NCBI GenBank assembly: GCA_044342075.1 | Contig: JBIIQM010000006.1 | Span: forward strand, 1-59,327 | Direction of reading: 5' to 3' | From: Pirellulales bacterium | GTDB taxonomy: Bacteria > Planctomycetota > Planctomycetia > Pirellulales > UBA1268 | Length of the DNA stretch: 59,327 nucleotides | Part shown: positions 22,211 to 31,200 of the stretch, one piece after another | How the letters are laid out: the number at the start of each line of letters is the position of its first letter | How positions within the stretch are numbered: the stretch's first letter is position 1 | The notes under the pieces: generated by a model | Database searches by the model: none | Told to the model about the DNA's origin: nothing | What the model saw: the letters and a program-made list of their open reading frames with translations, nothing else | Position numbers and translations under genes: made by a program

Positions 22211-23842
22211 TCACTGGGCGGGTGGTGGCTGGAGCCTGCGCAGCAGCCGGCCGCGGCGCGGGGGCGGGGCGGCGTCGGGATTCTCGGCCGCGGCGGCGGC
22301 CCGCTCGGCGCGGCGCTTCGCCACCTCGTCGAGCACGCCGCCTACGAGATCGATCACCGCGTCGGCCGACGGGTTTTGGCTGATCTCCGCCGGCAGTTTC
22401 GACTTGATGTCGTTGAGCTTCTCGGCCGTGGTCTCGGCCGGCTTCGCCCCCTCTTGCGGTTCCGATCCCGCCTCCGCTTGCGATCCCGCCTCCGCTTGCC
22501 CTTCCGATAGCTTCGGCGGCACCCAGTTGGGCGCGGGTGCACCCGCGGGCCGCGGCGGCAGCGGCTGCCCGCGCGACCGCAGCCGATCGATCAATTCCGC
22601 GGCCACCTCGCCGGCCGTCGCCCGGATCGAGCCGTCGAAATTCACCTTCGGCTCGCCGAGCATCCCGCCGATGCCGACGGAAATCGACTTCCCCGCGAGC
22701 GACGCCAGCAGCGGGCGATCGGCGGGCAAATCAGCCGGGATCGGCAGCGCGAGCTTCAGGTCGAGCGACTTGTCGTCGAGCCCGACGGAGCCGCTCGAGT
22801 TGATGTCGAGCCGCTGTCCGGGCTTCGCCAGCGGCAGGCCGAATTCGAGCCCCTTGTGCCAGACGCGGCGGTCGGCCAGATGAAATTCCACGTTTGAATC
22901 ATCGGCAATCCGCACGGAGGTGGGGAGCTGCAGCCTTCCGGGCAGCGATTGCATGACGTTCTTCGCGAGCGGTCCTGGGCCGAGATCCACCTCGTGCATC
23001 GAGAGCGTTCCCGCGAGCCGGGCCGCCTGCGGCGCCCCGACGGGAAAAGTCGCGCCGTCGAGCTTCAGCGAAAAGCGGCCGCTCGTCCGCGTGGCATCGG
23101 CCATGACAGGCGCGATGTAGGCCAAAACGCCCTGCGCCACGTTGGCCTCGAGCTTTGCGTCCTTGAGCAGTTGCACGCGATCGACCGTCCATTCGCTGAA
23201 ATTCCCGTCGGGCGAGGGCGCGAGCCGGGCCTTGATGTCGGTGGGGTCGCTCACCCAAACGTCCGGCGCCCAGGGACCTTCGATCTTCGCGATCGCGTCT
23301 TCCACTTCGAATCGCACCCGCACCGGGCTCTTGCGCGGGCCGGCCGGGCCGGTGCTGACGCCGGTCGGCGCCGGCGGCAGGAACAGTCCGGTCAGGTTGG
23401 AGTCGCGGTTGGCTTCGAAAACGATGTCGGCCTCGAGCCCCTCGATCCGAAAGCGGCCGAGATCGCCGAGCGAGAGCAGCATCGCGGCCAGGCCGTGGTT
23501 CCCTTCGATCCGCTTGATGGAGACGGGCGGGCGGGCGCCGTTCCGCGGCACCACGCGAATATCCTCGATCACGATCGGCCCCGACCAGCCAACCTGCGCC
23601 TTCCCGATCGTCACGTCGGCCTGCAATCCCGGCACGGCCTGGGCGATCCACCGGGAGAGCCTCGCGGGATCGGAGGCGAGCCATGGCACGAATCCGGCCC
23701 CAAGCAGGATTGCGGCCACGCCGGCCAAGACGGCCGTCCAGATCGTCGTTGCGGCCAGCGATGAGAGAAAGTGCCGGGGAGCCTGAGGTTTGGCCGCGGC
23801 AGTGTCCGCTGCGGCGGATGGCTGATCCTTCGGGCGGGTCAT
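22211..23842 (-). CDS. Membrane-anchored AsmA-like hypothetical protein
   Basis: N-terminal TM helix, beta-rich body, C-terminal SGSVGLD..LDL..IGGMLGEP pattern. Confidence 0.6.
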   Translation of the reverse strand: MTRPKDQPSAAADTAAAKPQAPRHFLSSLAATTIWTAVLAGVAAILLGAGFVPWLASDPARLSRWIAQAVPGLQADVTIGKAQVGWSGPIVIEDIRVVPRNGARPPVSIKRIEGNHGLAAMLLSLGDLGRFRIEGLEADIVFEANRDSNLTGLFLPPAPTGVSTGPAGPRKSPVRVRFEVEDAIAKIEGPWAPDVWVSDPTDIKARLAPSPDGNFSEWTVDRVQLLKDAKLEANVAQGVLAYIAPVMADATRTSGRFSLKLDGATFPVGAPQAARLAGTLSMHEVDLGPGPLAKNVMQSLPGRLQLPTSVRIADDSNVEFHLADRRVWHKGLEFGLPLAKPGQRLDINSSGSVGLDDKSLDLKLALPIPADLPADRPLLASLAGKSISVGIGGMLGEPKVNFDGSIRATAGEVAAELIDRLRSRGQPLPPRPAGAPAPNWVPPKLSEGQAEAGSQAEAGSEPQEGAKPAETTAEKLNDIKSKLPAEISQNPSADAVIDLVGGVLDEVAKRRAERAAAAAENPDAAPPPRRGRLLRRLQPPPAQ

Positions 23843-23929
23843 GAAAAACGCTCCTGAAAAATGTAGACCGCTATTGTACGTGATGTGCCCGCGGAAAGAT
23901 TTGCTAGACTTCCGCTGTCAGAAATCAAC

Positions 23930-24002
23930 GCGGGTGTAGCTCAGTTGGTAGAGCACTGGCTTCCCAAGCCAACGGTCGCGAGTTCGAATCTCGTCGCCCG
24001 CT
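23930..24002 (+). tRNA. tRNA-Gly(CCC), CCA not encoded
   Basis: Acceptor stem GCGGGTG/CGCCCGC, D-arm GCTCAGTTGGTAGAGC, anticodon loop TTCCCAA, T-loop TTCGAAT; TGcTAGACT extended -10 at 23902-23910. Confidence 0.95.
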
Positions 24003-25083
24003 TTTTCTTCGAATCGGCACAGGCTTTCTCCCACTCCAGCCAGGCCGCTCGGGCTTCCTCCGCCTCAGCCGCTCTAGCGGCCTTGCGATACGCCATTCCT
24101 GCCTCCCCGGGGGTATCGAACGTGCCGAGGTGGCAAGCCTTTCCGCCTCGCTTGATTTGCGCCGAAAACCGCCGGCCGTTTTTCCTTACACCCACCGGCA
24201 GGCCGGTCGCCTTCGAGTGCTGGGTGCGATTCCGTTGATTCATGGCGGGCGAAGCCGGGCGCAGGTTGCAAAGCCTCGCATCGAGTTTATTTCGGTTGCG
24301 ATGATCAACGAGATCTGGAAGCGGTCCTCTCTTCATGCGCCAGACACAATGGTGCAAAAAGACGATCCGGCGTTTCCCGTCCAATGCCATTGAAGTGGCC
24401 GGATATCCATCGTGGAGATACCAACTTTTCGATCTCACAAAGCCGGCCAAGTCCGCGTCGACGGTGATGCGTTTCGGGTCGATGCCCGCCCCCTGCCTGC
24501 GGCCCGTGGATCGCCGCTTCATGGGAGTTCGCTGCATTGCCGCCGTTACGCGAGTAATTAAATGAGCGGCCGCGGCGGTTGCTGAAAGCACTTCGGGCCC
24601 GCCGGCTTCTCTCGCGATGAGGAAGTCCCGAAAAACCGCGGCGGCATTTCGCGCATCGCGTAGCGATACAAACGAACCGAGACAAACCCTGCGCCCCTCG
24701 AACGACGCTTTGACTTCATACGGTTTTTTACGGTTGCGATGGCGGTAAACACCGCAATTGCCTGCCTTTGCGACTGCCTTACGGGAGTTCAGTTGATTCA
24801 GCGAGGCCGTCGCCGCTCGCAGGTTACGGAGCCGGTTGTTCAATGGGTCGTGGTCGACGTGGTCGATGATGCGCGGCACCTCACCAAAAGCCAAAAACCA
24901 GACAAACCGATGCTGAAGCCAAGTCTTCGCTTTGCCGCCATGGCGAACGGTTCCGATCGCGTAGCCGCCCTTGTGTCGTTGCCATCCGTAACAATCGACC
25001 TGTTTACGAAAGCGTTTATCAACCCGATATTCGCCTGGCTTCAGGCTATTTCGCCCGGTACCACGGCGGCGTCCTGCTGGCAT
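23941..25083 (-). CDS. Phage-type HNH endonuclease with two tandem HNH+AP2 units
   Basis: Unit 1: QHRFVW..IDHVDHDPLNNRLRNLR..N..GV..CLGSF. Unit 2: LHHCVW..VDHRNRNKLDARLCNLR..N..GV..HLGTFDTPGEAGMAY. DNA is visibly more AT-rich than the flanks. Confidence 0.88.
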   Translation of the reverse strand: MPAGRRRGTGRNSLKPGEYRVDKRFRKQVDCYGWQRHKGGYAIGTVRHGGKAKTWLQHRFVWFLAFGEVPRIIDHVDHDPLNNRLRNLRAATASLNQLNSRKAVAKAGNCGVYRHRNRKKPYEVKASFEGRRVCLGSFVSLRDARNAAAVFRDFLIAREAGGPEVLSATAAAAHLITRVTAAMQRTPMKRRSTGRRQGAGIDPKRITVDADLAGFVRSKSWYLHDGYPATSMALDGKRRIVFLHHCVWRMKRGPLPDLVDHRNRNKLDARLCNLRPASPAMNQRNRTQHSKATGLPVGVRKNGRRFSAQIKRGGKACHLGTFDTPGEAGMAYRKAARAAEAEEARAAWLEWEKACADSKKKRATRFELATVGLGSQCSTN

Positions 25084-25213
25084 TGCATTGCCCTCGTGCG
25101 GTTCCCCTTCAGCAACCAATCTTTTTTCTTTGTCGAGGATTTGAAAAAAGACTATATCTCTCCGTAGATTTTACGTCCTTGCACAAGCTCCAACCCCGAC
25201 GGGATTCTCCACC

Positions 25214-25891
25214 ATGGCCAAAAAAACCAAGTCTTCCGGCATCTCGGCTGATGTGATCCACCTTCCGGCCGACGTGGTCAAGCGGGCGAAGGATCTGCTG
25301 ACGGGCGCCGAAAAGAAGTTTTTTGACTCGAGCTTCGGCGCCTCGCTCACCAAGGCCACGCAGGCCCAGGTGCAATCGGCCGTGAAGCAGGCCCGCATCC
25401 TCCGCAACAAGTGGCGGGATCTCTATCAGGAGCAGACCCGTTCGTCGAAGCGCGGTGGAAAGCCCGCCGCCGGTGCCGGCAACGCCCGCACGCAACACAA
25501 GCACGAGCTCTTCGCGGGAGCCGTCGAGCGGTTCGAGAAGCGGCTGTCCGACCTGAAGGAGTATGTCGCGGAGGCAGTGTCGGCCCCGAAGGCCGCTGCC
25601 AAGCCGGCGAAGAAGTCCGTCGCCAAGCCTGCGGTCGCCAAGAAGGCAAAAGCGTCTGCCAAGCCCGTGAAGGCGATTTCGAAGAAGGCCCGCCAGGCGG
25701 CCTCCCTCACCACGCTCGCCAAGTCGCCCGCCGCGCAGGCGATCCGGTTCGATGGCGCGAAGCAGCGTTCGGCGCTGACGGCCGCGAAGGCGGGCCGCAT
25801 CAAGATGCAGGGCCTCGACACGCAACGCGTGAGCCACATTGCCGCCCGCGGCCGGCGGGCCCAGGCCCGTCGCGACATGCGTTCGCGGTAG
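25214..25891 (+). CDS. Highly basic Lys/Ala-rich hypothetical protein
   Basis: MAKKTK start; APKAAAKPAKKSVAKPAVAKKAK tract; host-like codon usage. Confidence 0.75.
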   Translation: MAKKTKSSGISADVIHLPADVVKRAKDLLTGAEKKFFDSSFGASLTKATQAQVQSAVKQARILRNKWRDLYQEQTRSSKRGGKPAAGAGNARTQHKHELFAGAVERFEKRLSDLKEYVAEAVSAPKAAAKPAKKSVAKPAVAKKAKASAKPVKAISKKARQAASLTTLAKSPAAQAIRFDGAKQRSALTAAKAGRIKMQGLDTQRVSHIAARGRRAQARRDMRSR

Positions 25892-25961
25892 CCAAGAGTT
25901 TTTCCGTCCCGGAAGTCCCCGCGTTTGATCGCTCGTTCATGGACGACGCACCCTTCGTGCG

Positions 25962-27812
25962 ATGCCCATGCAACCGCTGCCGATCGATGTCGCGCTCGAC
26001 CACCATCTGGCCGGCCGCCGCGACGAGGCCGAACGGATCTACCGTGAGATTCTCGACGGGGATCCAGACCACCGCGACGCCCTGCATCTGCTGGGAGTCA
26101 TCGCCTATGAGGCCGGTCGGCACGAAGAGGCGCTCGATCGGATCCGGCTCGCCATCGCCGCCGACGGCAGCCACGCCACGTTTCACAACAGCCTCGGGGC
26201 GGTCTACCAGGCACTCGGCGACCTGCCCCGCGCCGTCTCCGCCTACCAGACGAGCATCCTGCTCGACATCGACTATGCCGACGCCCACGGCAATCTCGGC
26301 CTCGCGCTCCGCGAACTGGGCAGGACGGCCGAATCGGTGGAGAGCCTGCGTCGGGCCTTGCAGCTGAAGCCCGGCAATCCAAACCTCCTCAACAGCCTCG
26401 GCATCACGCTGCGTTCACTTGGCCGCATCGCCGAGGCGGCTGATTGCTATCGCGGCGCGATCGCAGCCCGCGAAGCCTTCTGGGAGCCCCACAGTAACCT
26501 CGGCAACATCCTCAAAGACCAGTGCCGCACCGACGAGGCGATCGCGCATTACCGTCGCGCGATCGAACTTGCGCCGCACGTTCCCATCATCCACAGCAAC
26601 CTGCTCTGCGCGTTGCACTATCGCGATGGGATCAAGGCGGGCGAGCTCGCCGCGGCCCACGACGAGTTTGAGAAGTCGTTTGGCGCGCCGCTGCGATCGG
26701 CCTGGAAGCCGCACAAAAATGGCCGCGATCCAGACCGCCCGCTGCGGCTGGGATTCATTTCGCCCGACCTGCACCGCCATCCGGTCGGCTATTTTCTGAT
26801 CGGTCTCGTAGAGCATCTCGACGCCTCGCAGGCGCAGGTGTTTTGCTACAGCACGGGCGGCACGCCCGACGATCTCACCGCTCGCCTGCGGGCGGCGTCA
26901 ACGCAATGGCATGACGTCGGCCCGCTTGCCGACGACGGGATCGCGGAGAAAATCCGCGAAGATCGCATCGACATCCTCTTCGACCTCGCGGGGCATACCG
27001 GCAATAACCGGCTGCTCGTGATGGCCCGCAAGCCGGCGCCGATCCAGATCACCTGGGCGGGATACGTCGGCACGGCGGGGCTTGCGGCGATCGACCATCT
27101 GCTGGCCGACCGGTTCGAGGTGCCGCCCGAACTGGAGCATCACTACCGCGAAAACGTGCTGCGGATGCCAAATGCCTATGTCTGCTACGAGCCGCCGGCC
27201 GCTCCGCCGGTGGCCCCGTTGCCCGCCCTCGACCGCGGCTACGTCACGTTCGGCAGCTTCTCGAATCCCGCCAAACTCGGCCCGCAGATCGCGGCTCCTT
27301 GGGCGAGGATCCTCGAACGCGTGCCGAATTCGCGGCTCGTCCTCAAATACAAGGGGCTCGCAGATCCGATGCATACCGGTCGGCTGCGGGATTATTTCGC
27401 GGAGCAGGGGGTCGATTTGGCTCGCGTGGACTTGCAGGGAGACTCGTCGCAATCCGAATTGCTGCCGCATTACGATGGCATCGACATCGCCCTCGATCCG
27501 TTTCCCTATGGGGGCGGTGTGACGACGCTCGAGGCCCTCTGGATGGGCGTGCCCGTGGTCACGCTGCCCGGCGAGACGTTCGCGAGCCGGCATGCGCTGA
27601 CGCATCTGGCCAACGTGGGCGTCGAGGGCACGATCGCCCGCGATCTCGATCATTACGTCGATCTGGCCGCCGGGCTGGCGGAGGATCTTCCCTCGCTCGC
27701 CGCGCTCCGCGCGAGCCTGCGCAAGCAGATGGCGGCCTCGCCGCTCTGCGATGGCGAGCGATTCGCGAGCGACTTCATGGAGCTCATGCGGGGCGTGTGG
27801 CGGGCAAAGTAG
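25962..27812 (+). CDS. TPR-containing O-GlcNAc-transferase-like glycosyltransferase (GT41/SPINDLY family)
   Basis: About 6 TPRs; LRLGFISPDLHRHPV, DILFDLAGHT, APIQ, FGSFSN..K, DIALDPFPYGGGVTTLEALWMGVPV. Confidence 0.92.
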   Translation: MPMQPLPIDVALDHHLAGRRDEAERIYREILDGDPDHRDALHLLGVIAYEAGRHEEALDRIRLAIAADGSHATFHNSLGAVYQALGDLPRAVSAYQTSILLDIDYADAHGNLGLALRELGRTAESVESLRRALQLKPGNPNLLNSLGITLRSLGRIAEAADCYRGAIAAREAFWEPHSNLGNILKDQCRTDEAIAHYRRAIELAPHVPIIHSNLLCALHYRDGIKAGELAAAHDEFEKSFGAPLRSAWKPHKNGRDPDRPLRLGFISPDLHRHPVGYFLIGLVEHLDASQAQVFCYSTGGTPDDLTARLRAASTQWHDVGPLADDGIAEKIREDRIDILFDLAGHTGNNRLLVMARKPAPIQITWAGYVGTAGLAAIDHLLADRFEVPPELEHHYRENVLRMPNAYVCYEPPAAPPVAPLPALDRGYVTFGSFSNPAKLGPQIAAPWARILERVPNSRLVLKYKGLADPMHTGRLRDYFAEQGVDLARVDLQGDSSQSELLPHYDGIDIALDPFPYGGGVTTLEALWMGVPVVTLPGETFASRHALTHLANVGVEGTIARDLDHYVDLAAGLAEDLPSLAALRASLRKQMAASPLCDGERFASDFMELMRGVWRAK

Positions 27813-27838
27813 ACCGCTTCGTCCCGAAGCGGATCTGC
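27809..27838 (+). repeat. Second-family GTAG REP
   Basis: GTAGACCGCTTCGTCCCGAAGCGGATCTGC; homologous to 7885-7913. Confidence 0.8.
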
Positions 27839-28098
27839 ACGACTAGATCGCCCCAGCCCCAATCCACAGTCCGCAAAGGGACTCCAGAGGTGTGTCTCGC
27901 GGCGAAATGCCGCTGCGTCCGCTGGAAACACCGATTCGTTTTTTCATTTGCCTTCGCGAGAAAGCGGCGCGTAGAGATTGGTTGACGAGCGATTCGGCGG
28001 GAGACGCGAAGGCGTCGCCCACGAATCAAACAATCGAATGTCGGATAACGAGTTGAAGGAACAGCCTGGCTGATCGCTGGGAGGTTCTGCCACGCGTG

Positions 28099-28147
28099 AG
28101 CCGGCGCGAGTGAACACCAAGGGGTGTTCGTTCGCGCCGGCTTTTTT
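28099..28147 (+). terminator. Strong intrinsic terminator inside the 5' leader of the large surface-protein gene (attenuator candidate)
   Basis: 20-bp stem AGCCGGCGCGAGTGAACACC/GGTGTTCGTTCGCGCCGGCT with two G-U wobbles, loop AAGG, then a U-tract; about 62 nt before the ATG. Confidence 0.8.
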
Positions 28148-28209
28148 GTTTTCAAGCCACGAGCCAGCAACGCCAACCACGAGTTTTGCCACGAGCACGG
28201 GAGACCGCC

Positions 28210-31200
28210 ATGAGCCTCTTCGACACGCTTTTTCCGCCGCGCATGCGCAGCCCCGCCATTCGCCGGCCATCCGCCCGCACACGGGCGACGATTCGCAGGC
28301 ATCGCGACGGCGCGTTCGGCGAGCAACTCGAGCAGCGGCTCGCGCTCGCGGTGACGTTCGCTCCTCGGTTCACGATCGATGCCCCCGGCGACATCACGTT
28401 CGCCGCAAACACGATGATGACCGCCGTGGAGGGACAGCCCGGCACCGCGACCCAGGTCACCAATGCGCAGAACGGGACGGGCACAAACCCCAACGTCTGG
28501 AACGACGACTTCTGGAACATGCAATACATCAACGTCGATCCGACGGGCGGTAATTTTGCCTCCAGCTCGGCCGACCTGTCGCTTCCGGCCGGCGCCAACG
28601 TGCTCTTTGCGGGGCTGTACTACGGCTCCCGCACTAACACGAATGTCAGCGACGACGTCCTCAAGACGGTGAAGTTCAAGGGCCCCGGCGACGCCTCCTA
28701 CACCACGCTCACGGGCGCCGCCGGCCCGAATCAGGTCGCGCTCCTCGGCAAGGTCATCGGCCAGGTCAGTAACCTCCCGCCCAACGTCCAGACGTACGGC
28801 GCGTTCGCCGATGTGACCGATCTCGTGTTCGCGCGCGGCCAGGGCACCTACACGATCGCCAACGTGAAGGGTGACCCAGGCATCATCAACCATTTCGCCG
28901 GCTGGTCGCTCGTCGTGGCCTACGACGCCCCCGGAGCGAATCTTCGCAACCTGAGCGTATTCGACGGCTTCGCCGACGTGAGCGCTTCGAACCCGAACGT
29001 CGAGGTCAACTTCACGGGATTCACGGCGCCCCCTTCGGGACCCGTGAAGGCGAATCTTGGCTTCGTCTCCTACGAAGGTGACTTGGGCATCGACAACGAC
29101 ACGGCGTCGTTTTTCGGCGGCGTCAGCACCACCCAGCTCTCCAACGCGACGAATCCAGCCGACAATTTCTTCAACAGTTCGATCTCCACCAACGGCGTGA
29201 CCGTCACGAGCAAAAATCCGAATTACCTGAATCAGCTCGGCTTCGACGCCGACATCCTCAACATCGATGGCAAGATCGCCAACGGCGCCACCTCCGCGAA
29301 GCTCACGCTCACGAGCACGCAGGACCAGTACTATCCGGCGGTCGTCACCAGCGCGATCGACCTCTACGCGCCGAAGGTCTCGGTCGACAAGTCGGTCGTG
29401 GACGTCAATGGGGGCATCGTCGAACCGGGCGACACGCTACGCTACACGATCACGGTCGCCAACGATGCAAACGCCTTCGACACGGCGGCGAACGTGATTC
29501 TCAATGACTCCATTCCTTCATTCACCACCTACAAGCCGGGCAGCCTGTTCATCACTGCCGGTGCCAATTCCTCACCGACCGCCAAGACGGACGCCATCGA
29601 CGCCGACCAGGCCGAGGCCTTGCCGACCGGTGCCACGCCACCGACCACATCGGTCCGGTTCCAACTCGGCACCGGAGCCGGCGGGGGCGCCCCGGCCGTG
29701 GGTGGCGAACTGGCGAAGGGTGAATCCACCACCCTGACCTTCGAAGTCACGGTGAACGCGGGGTTTCCGAGCGAGGGCTTCATCACCAATAAGGCCATCG
29801 TGAACTACACTTCGAAGTTCACCGGCAAGCCCTTCAGCACGAGCGACACGGCAGTGATCCAGTGCCCGCCGGTCATCGATCTGGCGATCACGAAGACAAG
29901 CCCCGGCAGCGAGTACGTGCCCGGCGCACCCGTCAACTACTCGTTCACCGTCACGAACAACGGCCCGGCAGCCTCGCCCGGCTCTATCGTCACTGACACG
30001 CTGCCGTCGCAGACGACGTTCAACCCGGCGATCAATCCGGGCTGGACGCTCGTCGGCTCAACGCTGAGCTACGTCACGCCCGCGCTCGTCTCCGGCGGCT
30101 CGACGTCGTTCGCGCTCGTGCTCCTACCTGCGTCCGATCGCCTCGGACCCCTCGTGAACACGGCCTCCGTCGCCGTACCCCCGGGCTTTTTTGATCGCAA
30201 CCTGTCCAACAACACCGCCACCGAGACTGACACCGCCAAACCTACAGTCACGCTCGGCGTCACCAAGACCGACAACAGCGACACCTACGTCCCGGGCAGC
30301 CCCGTCACCTACACGATCGTCGTGACGAACACCGGACCCAGCGCACTCGTCGGCGGCACCGTCGTCGATCTTCTCCCGGCGGTCGCCACCAGCGGCACTT
30401 GGACCACCTCCACCACAGGCAGCGCAAGCGTCTTGCCGACAAGCGGCGGCAACAACATCAACGCCACTGTCAACATCCCCAAGGGCGACTCCGTCACCTT
30501 CACCTACATCGTTCAGACCAAGTCCGACGCCACCGCTGACCTCGTCAACACCGTCGTCGTCACGCCGCCCGCCGGCCAGGGATCCAGCACCAGCTCCACC
30601 GACCGCGACACCGCCACGCCCCAGGTCAATCTCACCGTCACCAAGACTGACGGCAGCGATACCTACATCCCGGGCAACCCCGTCACCTACACGATCGTCG
30701 TGACGAACACTGGACCCAGCGCACTCGTCGGCGGCAACGTCACCGATCTCCTCCCGGCGGTCGCCACCAGCGGCACCTGGACCACTTCGACCACGGGCAG
30801 CGCAAGCGTCTTGCCGACAAGCGGCGGCAACAACATCAACGCCACCGTCAACATTCCCAAGGGCGACTCCGTCACCTTCACCTACATCGTCCAGACCAAG
30901 TCCGACGCCACCGCCGACCTCGTCAACACCGTCGTCGTCACGCCACCCGAAGGCCAGGGATCCAGCACCAGCTCCACAGACCGTGACACCGCCACGCCCC
31001 AGGTCGATCTCGCCGTCACGAAGACCCGCACTTCGCCGCTGCCGGTCATCGCCGGCGAGGTCGTGACCTACTCAATCGTTGTCACGAGCAATGGGCCCAG
31101 CTCGATCACGACCTTCACCGGTACCGACGTCTCCGTCCCCGGCCTGCTCTCGCCCACCTATAGCGTCGACACAGGCACGTATAACCCGAACACCGGCATC

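Noticed and set aside
22463-22498. 18-bp tandem duplication (QAEAGS x2)
   Set aside because: Simple in-frame slippage in a low-complexity tail
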